A stretch of 64,000 nt of DNA from Candidatus Omnitrophota bacterium. Its GTDB lineage: Bacteria > Omnitrophota > Gorgyraeia > Gygaellales > Profunditerraquicolaceae. The notes beneath the pieces are model-generated. The model was not told the DNA's origin. It worked only from the letters and a program-made list of their open reading frames with translations, and searched no databases. A program made the translations under genes and the position numbers. The stretch lies in the NCBI GenBank assembly GCA_041662125.1, contig JBAZTA010000001.1:3118-67117 (forward strand), written 5' to 3'. How positions within the stretch are numbered: the first letter of the stretch is position 1; each line of letters starts with the position of its first letter. This document shows, piece after piece, positions 31,834-42,019 of this stretch.

Positions 31834-33240
31834 TTACACCAACTCGTTTCTTCTAATTTTCCCGGTTGAAGTTTTAGGTAATGAATCCCTAAATTCTACT
31901 ACTTTAGGTAATTTATATAAAGCCAGGTTTTGTTTGCAAAACAGTAAAACATCTCTTTCATTCATATCCACGCCATTCTTAACCACACACAATTTAATCG
32001 CCTCTCCTAAGATCTCATCAGGCATTCCTACTGCCGCGCATTCCAATATCCCCGGCATACGACAAACTACTTCCTCTATTTCCAATGGGCTGATCCGGTT
32101 AGCGCCGCTTTTGATCATTTCTTTCTTACGGCTGACTAGATAAATGAAGCCATCTTCATCAATCTTAGCTAAATCTCCTGTCCAAAGGCCTTCTTTCTTT
32201 AGAACTTTCTCGGTTTCTTCAGGAGAATTCCAGTAACCCAACATTATATTAGCTCCCCTGGCCACAATTTCACCTATTTCACCAGGGTTAACCTTCTGAC
32301 CTGCTTCATCTAAAACATCAAGTTCTACTCCTGGAATGGCTTTACCAATTGAGCCCATCTTTTTAGATAATGATTCAGGCTCCAAATAGGTTAATCTTGC
32401 GCAGGCTTCGGTCTGGCCATACATAACGTAGAAATTGATTTGAGGGAACAAGTTCTGAAATTCCTTAATCATAGCAAGAGCCATAGCTCCACCAGCCTGA
32501 GTTACATACCTTATTTTGTCTAACTTATAATTACGCAGAGCTGATTTACGCAATAATATCGAATAATGTGAAGGAACACCGGCAAAAGCAGTAACGCCTT
32601 CTCTTTCCATTGTTTCTAAGATCACATTAGGATAAAGAAAACGATTATCTAAAACCAAAGTTGCCCCCGCTTTAATATGCGTTGTTAAAAGCGAAGTCCC
32701 ATAAGAATAATAAAAGGGTAAAATAACCATCATTCTATCTGATGCGCTCAGATTGAGATATTTGACAATAGAATCTGCATTGGCATTGAGGTTAGCGTGG
32801 GAAAGCATGACACCTTTGGGTTTACCGGTCGTGCCGCTGGTGTAGATGATCATTGCAAGATCGCTAGAAAAAATAGGGACAGTCCCCAAAAAGCGGGGAC
32901 AGTCCCTATTTTTTTCTATCCCAGTTTTTTTAATAATGAATTTTGGTGAACAGTCGGATAAAATAACGGTAAGTTCTCTATCTACCATTTGGGTATTTAA
33001 GGGAACGACTACGCCACCTGCTTTCAATATCCCAAAGAAAGAGCTGATATATTCAGGGGAGTTTTCTAAAAGCAAAGCGACTCTTTCACCTTTTTTAAAG
33101 CCTTTTTCAGTCAGATAACCAGCTACAGCATTAGAACGCCTATCAAGCTCGGAATAGGTAATGCGCTCTTTCTGATAGACTACAGCTATCTTATCAGGAT
33201 ATTGTTTAGAGCTATTTTCTAATGATTCGTGTAACAGCAT
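31834..33240 (-). CDS. AMP-dependent synthetase/ligase (acyl-CoA/acyl-ACP ligase, FadD-like)
   Basis: 468 aa; IIYTSGTTGKPKGV AMP-binding motif. Confidence 0.8.
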   Translation of the reverse strand: MLLHESLENSSKQYPDKIAVVYQKERITYSELDRRSNAVAGYLTEKGFKKGERVALLLENSPEYISSFFGILKAGGVVVPLNTQMVDRELTVILSDCSPKFIIKKTGIEKNRDCPRFLGTVPIFSSDLAMIIYTSGTTGKPKGVMLSHANLNANADSIVKYLNLSASDRMMVILPFYYSYGTSLLTTHIKAGATLVLDNRFLYPNVILETMEREGVTAFAGVPSHYSILLRKSALRNYKLDKIRYVTQAGGAMALAMIKEFQNLFPQINFYVMYGQTEACARLTYLEPESLSKKMGSIGKAIPGVELDVLDEAGQKVNPGEIGEIVARGANIMLGYWNSPEETEKVLKKEGLWTGDLAKIDEDGFIYLVSRKKEMIKSGANRISPLEIEEVVCRMPGILECAAVGMPDEILGEAIKLCVVKNGVDMNERDVLLFCKQNLALYKLPKVVEFRDSLPKTSTGKIRRNELV

Positions 33241-33245
33241 TTTAA

Positions 33246-33518
33246 TTATTTATTTAGTTTCTTTTTAATAAAGTTGCCTAATTGATTAATTGAATCTAAG
33301 TTTTCAGGAAGCAATTCTTCATCATCAATTTTTATATTAAAGGCGTCCTCTACAAAGCTTACTACTTCTAATATACCGGTTGAGTCAACGATACCTTTGC
33401 CCATAAAGGAATCATCGTCTTTTAGATTTGAATCATTCCCCAGCAGGAAGTTTTCCTTAATAAAATTCTTTAGGCTCTTTTTAATATCTGCCTCAGATAG
33501 GGTTTCCATTGGTTCCAT
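33246..33518 (-). CDS. Acyl carrier protein
   Basis: 90 aa; GIVDSTGILE phosphopantetheine attachment Ser context. Confidence 0.7.
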   Translation of the reverse strand: MEPMETLSEADIKKSLKNFIKENFLLGNDSNLKDDDSFMGKGIVDSTGILEVVSFVEDAFNIKIDDEELLPENLDSINQLGNFIKKKLNK

Positions 33519-33558
33519 TGATTATCCTCCTTCAAAACAATTTATTAATATTTTTAAA

Positions 33559-34314
33559 TTACTTATGATTCATGCTATGTACTTGCTGCGATGCCTCTTT
33601 TAAAGCCTCAAGATCTCCTAAATCAAACCAAGTCCCCTTACAAACATTACCATAGACCCTGTCATGTTTGGTGAGCCACTTAATATAAGAGCCCGGGGTA
33701 TCATTGTAATTCCCTTGCCCCATATAATTGTTGATTAAATGTATTTTTTGTTTAGGAATAAAATAAATACAGGTAGCAATAAAACGTGATTTTGGACTCT
33801 TTGGTTTCTCCTGGAAATCAGTTACCAGCGAATTTGAATCGACTTGCGCAATTCCAAAACGCGTTAAGTCTGTTGCTTCATTATCATCGCGATACAGACA
33901 AATCGCATGATACGGTGAATTTTTACGGGCAAACAAAATAAAATCATTCAAACTAAAATCAAACAAGTTGTCTCCTGCGACAATAAGCAAGTCATCATCA
34001 ATCGCACATTCTTTAATTGAAAGATTAATATCACCGACTGCCCCAAGTCTATCTTCTACGGTATTGCTACCATCATTGACTAATCGGTATTTCAACGTAT
34101 CTTTGGGTTTACGCGAAAGCCATTCGTTGAATTGACTATAAAACTTATTGTTTGAAACAATCACAACTTCATTAATAGCCTTCACAGTCTTAATCTTATC
34201 TATTATATAGTCAATAATGGCCCTACCACCTAAGTCCAAAAGTGGTTTTGGAGTATCCTTAGTTAACGGATACAATCGAGTCGCGTAACCTGCAGCTAAT
34301 ATGAGAGCTTTCAT
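33559..34314 (-). CDS. Sugar-phosphate nucleotidyltransferase (NTP_transferase family)
   Basis: 251 aa; MKALILAAGYATRLYPLTKDTPKPLL. Confidence 0.7.
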   Translation of the reverse strand: MKALILAAGYATRLYPLTKDTPKPLLDLGGRAIIDYIIDKIKTVKAINEVVIVSNNKFYSQFNEWLSRKPKDTLKYRLVNDGSNTVEDRLGAVGDINLSIKECAIDDDLLIVAGDNLFDFSLNDFILFARKNSPYHAICLYRDDNEATDLTRFGIAQVDSNSLVTDFQEKPKSPKSRFIATCIYFIPKQKIHLINNYMGQGNYNDTPGSYIKWLTKHDRVYGNVCKGTWFDLGDLEALKEASQQVHSMNHK

Positions 34315-34317
34315 ACT

Positions 34318-35637
34318 TTAAAGCCTCCAATAAAGCAAACTTGAGTTCTTAAATGTTTCTTTATCAAAAATACCTTTAATATCAATTACTACGCCTTTAC
34401 TTCCATTGTGGCACATATGGTCTTTTAAAACTTCCAGATTTAACTCTCGTTTAAAAATATTGTGGTTTACGGCAATTACTACTGCATCCACTTTTAAGTT
34501 CATACTGTAATCAGTTAACTCAACACCATATTCGTGTTTTACTGCTTCCTTTTCAGCTAGGGGGTCACAAATAATAACTTCAATAGCATATTCCTTGAGT
34601 TCATTAATAATATCAATTACTCTTGAATTCCGGATATCACTGACATCTTCCTTAAAGGTAATTCCCATTACAATGACTTTTGCGCCTTTAACAGTTTTAT
34701 CAGCTTCAATAAGCTGTTTTACCGTTTGTTCGGCTATATATTTACCCATATCATCATTGATCCGCCTTCCGGCAAGTATTACCTGGGGATGATACCCTAA
34801 CTCTTCGGCTTTAAAGGTTAAATAATACGGGTCAACGCCAATACAATGGCCGCCGACTAATCCCGGGGTCATTTTTATAAAATTCCATTTGGTCCCGGCA
34901 GCTTTCAACACTGAAAGCGTATCTATGCCCATCTTGTGAAAGATCACGGCAAGCTCATTCATAAGGGCGATATTCAGGTCTCGTTGAGTATTTTCGATGA
35001 CTTTAGCAGCTTCGGCACATTTGATCGACTCAGCCCTATAAACTCCGGCTTTAACCACTAAGCCATAAACTCCGGCGACCTCATCCAATGTTTCTTTATC
35101 AGAACCTGAAACCACTTTTATAACATTGGTTATCGTATGTTCTTTATCTCCCGGGTTAATACGCTCTGGCGAATAACCGACCTTAAAATCCTTGCCATAT
35201 TTTAGCTTTGAGAATTCTTCTAAAATAGGCACGCACACGTCTTCTGTCACTCCAGGATAAACAGTCGATTCAAACACCACGATACTGCCTTTAGTCAAAT
35301 TCTTCCCAACTGTTTCTGAAGCACTGGTCATGCAAAAAAGATCAGGTTGCTTATTTTTTGTTATCGGTGTAGGAACTGCAATAATAATAAATCGAGCTTC
35401 TTTAAGTTTTGCAGGGTCAGAAGTAACTTCCAATAACGAAGAATCTCTAATTAATTCAGTCGAAGTCTCTCCATTAATATCAGTATAATTTTTAAGTTCA
35501 GCGACCCTTTTCTTATTTAAATCAAAACCAATAGTATGAACAATTTTGCCGAATTCAACCGCCAGCGGTAACCCAACATACCCCAAGCCGACTACTGCAA
35601 TCTTTTCTGTCTTGTTTTTTATCCCTTCGTATATCAT
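34318..35637 (-). CDS. UDP-N-acetyl-D-glucosamine/mannosamine dehydrogenase-type nucleotide-sugar dehydrogenase
   Basis: 439 aa; IAVVGLGYVGLPLAVEFG Rossmann; GGHCIGVDPYY catalytic Cys region. Confidence 0.75.
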   Translation of the reverse strand: MIYEGIKNKTEKIAVVGLGYVGLPLAVEFGKIVHTIGFDLNKKRVAELKNYTDINGETSTELIRDSSLLEVTSDPAKLKEARFIIIAVPTPITKNKQPDLFCMTSASETVGKNLTKGSIVVFESTVYPGVTEDVCVPILEEFSKLKYGKDFKVGYSPERINPGDKEHTITNVIKVVSGSDKETLDEVAGVYGLVVKAGVYRAESIKCAEAAKVIENTQRDLNIALMNELAVIFHKMGIDTLSVLKAAGTKWNFIKMTPGLVGGHCIGVDPYYLTFKAEELGYHPQVILAGRRINDDMGKYIAEQTVKQLIEADKTVKGAKVIVMGITFKEDVSDIRNSRVIDIINELKEYAIEVIICDPLAEKEAVKHEYGVELTDYSMNLKVDAVVIAVNHNIFKRELNLEVLKDHMCHNGSKGVVIDIKGIFDKETFKNSSLLYWRL

Positions 35638-35732
35638 TTGCCTCTCCTATGTCATTATCTTATAAGGAATGATTCTAAAAAAGTTTAACCAATTTAAAAG
35701 TTTTTATTGACATTTAGGTTAGCGTTTACTTA

Positions 35733-36689
35733 TTATTTATTTAACGCTATCTTAAACCACGCTACTGTACGGCGTAAGCCTTCCTCAAAGTTTACTTTTG
35801 GCTCAAAATTAAGGACTCTTTTAATTTTTGAAATATCTGCTAACGTACGAAAAACATCGCCCGCGCGAAGCGGCAATAATTTAGGTTCTATTGTTTTACC
35901 AATTATCTTATTTAATAACTCAACTAATTGCAGAACGGTATTATCTTGACCATTTGCGACATTCAAGAATTCATGTTTAATACCTGGCGTAGTTGCAGCA
36001 AGAATATTTGCTTCCACTACATTATCAATATAGGTAAAATCCCGTGATTGCTTGCCCGTGCCAAAAATCGGAGGCTGTTGATCATTCAGGATACAATGAA
36101 TAAATTTAGGAATAACAACCGCATATTCATCATCAAGAGCTTGCTTAGGGCCAAACACGTTAAAATACCTTAAACAAACGGTCTCTACTCCGAAATGCTC
36201 TGAGAAAATTCTACAATAATATTCACCTGCTAATTTCGACAATGCATAAGGAGAAATAAGCTTTGGGTAATCAGTTTCCTGCTGGGGGAATTTATCAGTA
36301 TCCCCATACGCAGAACTTGATGAAGCCATAGCAAAACGTTTAACCTTATTTTCCCTTGCTGCTTCAAGCATGTTCAGCGTTCCATCAATATTAACCTTAT
36401 TATATTCATGAGGAGTAGTCATCGATTTAGGCACACTGCGTAAAGCTGCCTGATGTAAAATGGCATCAACTCCTTTGGTTGCTTTTAAACATGTTTCTTT
36501 ATCACAAATATCGCCTTTTATAAGCGTATAGCGGTTAGCGTTTTGAGTATAATCCTTAGTAAAAAATAAATTCTCTTCTTTGCCGCTTGAGAAATTATCC
36601 AGGACAACCACAGAATGTCCATCTTTGAGCAACCGTTCGACAATATGTGAACCAATAAAACCTGCACCTCCAGTTACTAGAATCTTCAT
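35733..36689 (-). CDS. NAD-dependent sugar epimerase (UDP-GlcNAc/UDP-glucose 4-epimerase family)
   Basis: 318 aa; MKILVTGGAGFIGSHIV; YALSK catalytic motif. Confidence 0.75.
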   Translation of the reverse strand: MKILVTGGAGFIGSHIVERLLKDGHSVVVLDNFSSGKEENLFFTKDYTQNANRYTLIKGDICDKETCLKATKGVDAILHQAALRSVPKSMTTPHEYNKVNIDGTLNMLEAARENKVKRFAMASSSSAYGDTDKFPQQETDYPKLISPYALSKLAGEYYCRIFSEHFGVETVCLRYFNVFGPKQALDDEYAVVIPKFIHCILNDQQPPIFGTGKQSRDFTYIDNVVEANILAATTPGIKHEFLNVANGQDNTVLQLVELLNKIIGKTIEPKLLPLRAGDVFRTLADISKIKRVLNFEPKVNFEEGLRRTVAWFKIALNK

Positions 36690-36710
36690 TATAATATTCT
36701 CCTCTATTAA

Positions 36711-37301
36711 TTATTTTTTATTTAAAAGACGCGCGGGGACACCGACAACTACCCCACCATCAGGAACATGCTTATTTCTTGTCACGACCGATCCTGCTCC
36801 AGTCATTGCTTTTCTGCCGACTCTTACCGGTGCTACTAAAATCGAACCACTACCGATAAAAGCACCTTTTTTAATGAGTGTTCTGTGCTTATTTTTACCA
36901 TCATAATTAGCAACAATAGTTCCTGCGCCTATATTAACGTCTTCTTCAACGAAAGCATCTCCGATATACGTGAGATGTTTTACCTTAGAGCCGTTAGAGA
37001 TAACCGAACGCACTATTTCAACAAAATTTCCGATTGTAACATCATTCTTTATCGTAACTCCCTTACGAATGCGCGCGAAAGGGCCAATAGTGCAACCCTT
37101 GCCGATTTTTACATCTGATTCAATAATCGTTGAAGGGTATACAACGGTATCAGCGCCGATTTTCACATTTTCTCCGATATGGGTAGTGAAGGGGTCGATG
37201 ATTTTGACTCCTTTGGTGATGAATTTGTAAATGCGGGTGATCCGTTCTTTGTCTTGTCTTATTAATTCGTCTATCATTTTGCAGTTATTGTTGTTCTTCA
37301 T
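36711..37301 (-). CDS. Hexapeptide-repeat acetyltransferase resembling the C-terminal (GlcN-1-P acetyltransferase) domain of GlmU
   Basis: 196 aa; [31 protein letters not shown] closely matches GlmU LbH domain; adjacent to glmM. Confidence 0.6.
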   Translation of the reverse strand: MKNNNNCKMIDELIRQDKERITRIYKFITKGVKIIDPFTTHIGENVKIGADTVVYPSTIIESDVKIGKGCTIGPFARIRKGVTIKNDVTIGNFVEIVRSVISNGSKVKHLTYIGDAFVEEDVNIGAGTIVANYDGKNKHRTLIKKGAFIGSGSILVAPVRVGRKAMTGAGSVVTRNKHVPDGGVVVGVPARLLNKK

Positions 37302-37351
37302 TAAAACCTCGATTTAAGTTGTATTCAAGTAATAATAATTTTCGACATTTC

Positions 37352-37429
37352 AAGACCGGGTCTTTCCAATATTTAAGTCCTACAACTTAAGACCCGGTCT
37401 TATCAAGTGTTCGCCCAAGACCCGGTCTT
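37352..37429. repeat. REP/BIME-like cluster: 3 copies of AAGACC(C/G)GGTCTT
   Basis: Copies at 37352-37364, 37389-37401, 37417-37429; between acetyltransferase start and glmM stop. Confidence 0.8.
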
Positions 37430-38796
37430 TATACTCCTAATTCCTGTTTGATCACTGAAGCTAAAGAATGGGCGATGGAATCGATTTCTGCCTTATCCTT
37501 GCCTTCTACCATGACGCGAGCCAAGGTTTCAGTACCCGAATATCGTAAAAGTATCCTGCCATTATCTTTAAGCTGCGCCAGACTGTGTTTTAAAGCGTCT
37601 CGGATCACAGGAACCTCTTCAAATGGTTTCTTTTCCTTAACTTTGATATTTACTAATATCTGCGGGTATTTTTTCATACAAGAGGATAACGCGCTAAGTT
37701 TCCTTCCTGTTTGCTGCATAACTTTCAAAATCTCCAAAGAGACTATCAGCGCATCACCTGAAGTTGACTGTTGCAGGAAAATAATATGGCCTGCCTGCTC
37801 GCCACCAAAAATCAGGTTGTTTTTCAGTAGAGCCTCAGTGACATTCCTATCTCCAACGTCAGTGCGAATAAGTTTTCCTCCTGCCTTCAGAAGTGCTTCT
37901 TCCAAGCCGAAATTACTCATGACTGTCGCCACAATGCTTTTCATAGGCAGCTTATTTTCTTTAATAAGTTGAGTGCCGACTATTGCCATAATAAAATCAC
38001 CGTCAAGGATATTGCCCAGTTCATCCGACAGGATCACCCGGTCTCCATCTCCATCATAAGAAAAACCGATATCCGCCTTATTCTTAAGTACTGCTTTTGC
38101 CATATTCTCAGGGTGAAGAGCTCCGCAGTTTAAATTGATATTTTTACCGTTTGGCTGGTCGTTTAAAACAAATACTTTCGCGCCTAATTCTTTAAATAAC
38201 TGTACCGCAATGCTATAGAGAGCGCCATGAGCGCAATCAACGACAATTTTGAGCTCGCTTAAGTCCAAATTGGATGCTTTTGATTTCAGGAAATCAATGT
38301 AAAGCCTTTCTCCATCATGCGCGTGAGTTACCAACCCTGATTCATCAACAGATAATTTGTCGGAATCGATAAAGCTGCCACTCACTAATTCTTCCATCAT
38401 CTTTTCTTGCGTATCAGAAAGTTTATACCCGGAACTTGAGAAAAACTTAATGCCGTTTTCTTCCGCGCGATTGTGAGACGCGGAAATCATAATCCCCATA
38501 TCAGCTTTCAATCTTCTGGTTAAAAATGACAGGCCCGGAGTCGAGACAATACCCACTAAAGACACATCTACTCCGCAAGCAGAAATACCGCCTACTAAAA
38601 GTTTTTCGATTACTTCACAACTAAGCCTGGTATCCTTACCGATAATGATCTTATAATGCTTCTGTCCTATTTTTCTTTGATTATGCAACAATTGCGCAGC
38701 TGCCTTACCAATTTTTAATATCATTTCATCGGTTAAAGGATATTCTCCGGGTGTTCCGCGGATCCCGTCAGTTCCGAAAAGTTTGTTTTTGCTCAT
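37429..38796 (-). CDS. glmM: Phosphoglucosamine mutase
   Basis: 455 aa; LFGTDGIRG N-terminus; active-site SASHNRAEENG. Confidence 0.85.
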   Translation of the reverse strand: MSKNKLFGTDGIRGTPGEYPLTDEMILKIGKAAAQLLHNQRKIGQKHYKIIIGKDTRLSCEVIEKLLVGGISACGVDVSLVGIVSTPGLSFLTRRLKADMGIMISASHNRAEENGIKFFSSSGYKLSDTQEKMMEELVSGSFIDSDKLSVDESGLVTHAHDGERLYIDFLKSKASNLDLSELKIVVDCAHGALYSIAVQLFKELGAKVFVLNDQPNGKNINLNCGALHPENMAKAVLKNKADIGFSYDGDGDRVILSDELGNILDGDFIMAIVGTQLIKENKLPMKSIVATVMSNFGLEEALLKAGGKLIRTDVGDRNVTEALLKNNLIFGGEQAGHIIFLQQSTSGDALIVSLEILKVMQQTGRKLSALSSCMKKYPQILVNIKVKEKKPFEEVPVIRDALKHSLAQLKDNGRILLRYSGTETLARVMVEGKDKAEIDSIAHSLASVIKQELGV

Positions 38797-38845
38797 TTTT
38801 TATTCCTATTAGTAATAAACAGTTATTTTCTATTTAATCAGATTT

Positions 38846-38894
38846 AAGACCCGGTCTTTTCTACAATTAAAATCACCAGCCAAGACCGGGTCTT
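38846..38894. repeat. REP-like 49-nt hairpin element (2 inverted 13-mers, 23-nt loop)
   Basis: Copies at 38846-38858 and 38882-38894; near-identical, in reverse orientation, to 43486-43534. Confidence 0.8.
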
Positions 38895-38914
38895 GTTAGT
38901 CGGCAATGACAAAT

Positions 38915-39703
38915 TTATAAATACCGGTAAATATATTCAGGGATATGATATTGAACATTGGTCAAGACATACCCTAAGATCTTAACGCGTGCCTGGCGTA
39001 ATATATCTTCACCATGCTTAATGATCCCTCGCTGGGTACGATTAGCTTGGATCACCATGACAACTCCGTCAGTCTGAGCCCCAATTAATCCTGCATCAGT
39101 TACCGGGATAATAGGAGGTGAATCAAAAATAACGTAATCAAACTTTTCTTTAAGTGTAGTTATTAAATTCTTAAATTTTATTGAATTAAGCAGCTCTGCC
39201 GGATTATGAGGCACTTTACCAGAAGGTAAAAACATAAGATTATCAATACCGATATTAACTACAACCTCATCGACATTTACTCCGTTACTGATCAACTCAG
39301 ATAAACCGGCTTCAGACTTAATACCTATATATTTACTTGTCTTACCCCTGCGCAAATCAGCATCAACCAGAAGTATGCGTTTCTTATTTAAATCATGCGC
39401 CATCGAAACAGCCAAGTTTATTGAAGTAACGCTTTTGCCTTCACTATGAATTGAACTGGTAATGGTGATCGCTTTGATAGGTTTTTCCGAGTTAATCGCT
39501 TGTATATTGGTCCTTAAAGTACGGTACTGTTCCGCAACAGTTGAATGAGGGTCGTAGAATGATACAATGCGCGGATCATATTTTGCATCGACCGTCTTTT
39601 GAGCAACAAACTGATAGGTCGTTTCTAATTTTTCATCTAACTTATCTATACGTGATAGCCTTTCTTCAGCAGCTTTTTTTAATGCATCAGTAATCTTTCC
39701 CAT
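38915..39703 (-). CDS. Polysaccharide co-polymerase tyrosine autokinase, cytoplasmic ATPase domain (BY-kinase, CpsD/CapB-like)
   Basis: 262 aa; Walker-A-like SEGKSVTS; C-terminal Tyr cluster YHIPEYIYRYL. Confidence 0.7.
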   Translation of the reverse strand: MGKITDALKKAAEERLSRIDKLDEKLETTYQFVAQKTVDAKYDPRIVSFYDPHSTVAEQYRTLRTNIQAINSEKPIKAITITSSIHSEGKSVTSINLAVSMAHDLNKKRILLVDADLRRGKTSKYIGIKSEAGLSELISNGVNVDEVVVNIGIDNLMFLPSGKVPHNPAELLNSIKFKNLITTLKEKFDYVIFDSPPIIPVTDAGLIGAQTDGVVMVIQANRTQRGIIKHGEDILRQARVKILGYVLTNVQYHIPEYIYRYL

Positions 39704-39712
39704 TTTTTCTCC

Positions 39713-40705
39713 TTAAAGCATGATTGAATGCTGCAAACACGTTAAATAATTATAGCAGCTATTACAGCAGAGCTGTTCTTGGCCTTTGGTTCCGCGATCC
39801 CATTTTAAACCGCAATCATTATAATGCATACAGTGAGTACAACAATGAGTCTTCTTATTGCCAATAACGAATGTACCATTAATATCATTTTGCTCTTGCA
39901 CTAATTCTCTATCTTTTATAACCTCTATTACCATACCTTCATTAATTATCTTTGTATCAGAAATATAGCCTGAAAGTAACGCGCTGTCGCAAATAAGGTT
40001 TATGATCCTGGGAACCCCTCGAGAATGACGGTAAATTAGATTAAGCGCCTGCGGCTGGAATATTTCAGCGTGTCCGTTTGAGCTCACCAATGCAAGCCTA
40101 TGCAGAACATAAGCAGTTGTTTCCTCTTGAGTTAAGGGAAAAATATGGTAGTGCAAAGCAATCCGCTGCCTGAATTGTTCAAGTTTTTTATGCCCTAATT
40201 TCTTTTTTAGCTCCGGCTGGCCAATAAGTATTATCTGCAAAAGCTTATCCGTCTCGGTTTCAAGATTAGAAAGCATCCTGACTTCTTCCAAGACATTGTG
40301 GCTTAAGTTCTGCGCTTCATCAATAATTAAAACAACATTGGTATTTTCAGCAAGCTGTTTGATTAAATAGTCGTTGAGCAAAGAAAGCATTTTCTGCTTA
40401 TTCCCGGCTTTATGCTCGATTTCAAGCTCTTCTAAGATTTGAGCTATAAGATCACGAGCTGTCAGATGAGTATTGGTGATCAAGGCGACCTTAGTATTAC
40501 TATCAAGTTTATTTAATAACGTCCGGGTGACAGTCGTTTTTCCCGCGCCAATCTCTCCGGTAATGACCACAAACCCTTTTCTTTCCTCAATAGCATAGAT
40601 CAGGCTATTCAGTGCCTCCGTATGCTTAGAGCTGGGGAAAAAGAATTTTGGGTTCGGTGTTACATTAAATGGTTTATCTTTAAAGCAAAAGAATTTTTCG
40701 TACAT
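39713..40705 (-). CDS. ExeA-like AAA ATPase (type found in exosortase/PEP-CTERM EPS loci) with a 45-aa Cys-rich C-terminal extension
   Basis: 330 aa; Walker A GEIGAGKTT; Walker B IIDEAQ; 9 Cys in C-terminal tail. Confidence 0.6.
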   Translation of the reverse strand: MYEKFFCFKDKPFNVTPNPKFFFPSSKHTEALNSLIYAIEERKGFVVITGEIGAGKTTVTRTLLNKLDSNTKVALITNTHLTARDLIAQILEELEIEHKAGNKQKMLSLLNDYLIKQLAENTNVVLIIDEAQNLSHNVLEEVRMLSNLETETDKLLQIILIGQPELKKKLGHKKLEQFRQRIALHYHIFPLTQEETTAYVLHRLALVSSNGHAEIFQPQALNLIYRHSRGVPRIINLICDSALLSGYISDTKIINEGMVIEVIKDRELVQEQNDINGTFVIGNKKTHCCTHCMHYNDCGLKWDRGTKGQEQLCCNSCYNYLTCLQHSIML

Positions 40706-40706
40706 A

Positions 40707-42002
40707 TTATTGTTTAAGTAGTGAATAAAGCATTGAGAGCACCATCACAAATATACCGCCTGCTAACCCTGAAATAATTAACAAACGTTGCCTATGTTTT
40801 TCATTATCTATCTCTTCACGAGTCGTTATGCGAGAAATTGCCCCTAAAATAGGAAATTTCAGATGATTTTTAGCATCATCAATATCAAGGAAAGATTGAT
40901 CCATGAACTCACGAGCGAATACTAATCCTACCCCTGCAGCACATCCAACAAAAAGACCCACGAATACAAAGAGTATCTTTGGTTTCTTCGGCTTTAAAGG
41001 CAACCTCGGAGGATCAATAATGGTATAGCGCGTGCCTTGTTTTGAAGCTTCAAGCCGCTGTGTGATCTTAGCTGTTTCTAACCTCTGAAGCAGCATATTG
41101 TAAATTTGCTCATTAACCCTGATATCTTGAGCCTTGGCTGAATCTAATTTATCCATCAAAAACAACTTATATATTGTTCCATTGACATCGCTTGTGCTAT
41201 TATCAACAGCTACAGGAGAAGCAGAATTTTCCGTATTAAGCTTTTCTAATTCAACCGCAAGAGTTTCACGCATCGCTTTTGTAATTGGCTTCTCAGAATC
41301 AGCAATTTTATATTCCCCGGATTCAAGCGCTTTTTTAGCCTGGTCAACTTTATACTTTAATTCTTTGACCAGCGGATGCTCTACTGTTGAATTAATAGTC
41401 AATACCCTTAACTGCTCCTCTAAATCAGCGATTTCTGATTCTTTAACTTTTCTTTTGTAAACCTGTAATTGCTCTTTAAGGAAATTAATCGCGACATCAG
41501 TTTCTTTGGTTTGAGAACGCATGCTTTCTTCAACAAACAGATCAGTTAATGTCTTAACCACTTTATAAGCAGTTTGAGGATCTTTATCTCCATACGATAT
41601 CCTGATAATGCTTTGAGCGCTCAGTTCTACCCTAATTTTCTTTGCCAGATCCTTAATAAAATCTTCAAACTGAGATTGGCTCTCTACATTTTTCGCTAAT
41701 TCAAGTTTCTTCACCAAGTCCGTGAGATTATTCCAGCCAAGCAAGCGTTCCCGTATCGTCTGCAGCCTTTGAGAAAAACTGGCGGAAACCGCTAAATCCT
41801 GGATCAGTGGATTAATAGTCCTTTGCTCTTCAACTAAAATTGCGGTTGATGCTTCATAAGTCGCCGGAAGGACAAAATATGCAACCACCCCTAAAACTAA
41901 TCCTATATACAGAGGCGTCAAAACAAACCATTTTCTGCGAAAGAAAAGTTTCAGGTATGCTAATGGATTGTTATATTTTTGTAAGGGAGTTTCATTTTCC
42001 AT
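40707..42002 (-). CDS. Polysaccharide chain-length determinant (Wzz/GumC-type co-polymerase; transmembrane/periplasmic domain partner of the BY-kinase)
   Basis: 431 aa; two TM segments flanking coiled-coil periplasmic region. Confidence 0.65.
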   Translation of the reverse strand: MENETPLQKYNNPLAYLKLFFRRKWFVLTPLYIGLVLGVVAYFVLPATYEASTAILVEEQRTINPLIQDLAVSASFSQRLQTIRERLLGWNNLTDLVKKLELAKNVESQSQFEDFIKDLAKKIRVELSAQSIIRISYGDKDPQTAYKVVKTLTDLFVEESMRSQTKETDVAINFLKEQLQVYKRKVKESEIADLEEQLRVLTINSTVEHPLVKELKYKVDQAKKALESGEYKIADSEKPITKAMRETLAVELEKLNTENSASPVAVDNSTSDVNGTIYKLFLMDKLDSAKAQDIRVNEQIYNMLLQRLETAKITQRLEASKQGTRYTIIDPPRLPLKPKKPKILFVFVGLFVGCAAGVGLVFAREFMDQSFLDIDDAKNHLKFPILGAISRITTREEIDNEKHRQRLLIISGLAGGIFVMVLSMLYSLLKQ

Positions 42003-42019
42003 ATCAATTTCCTTTAATT

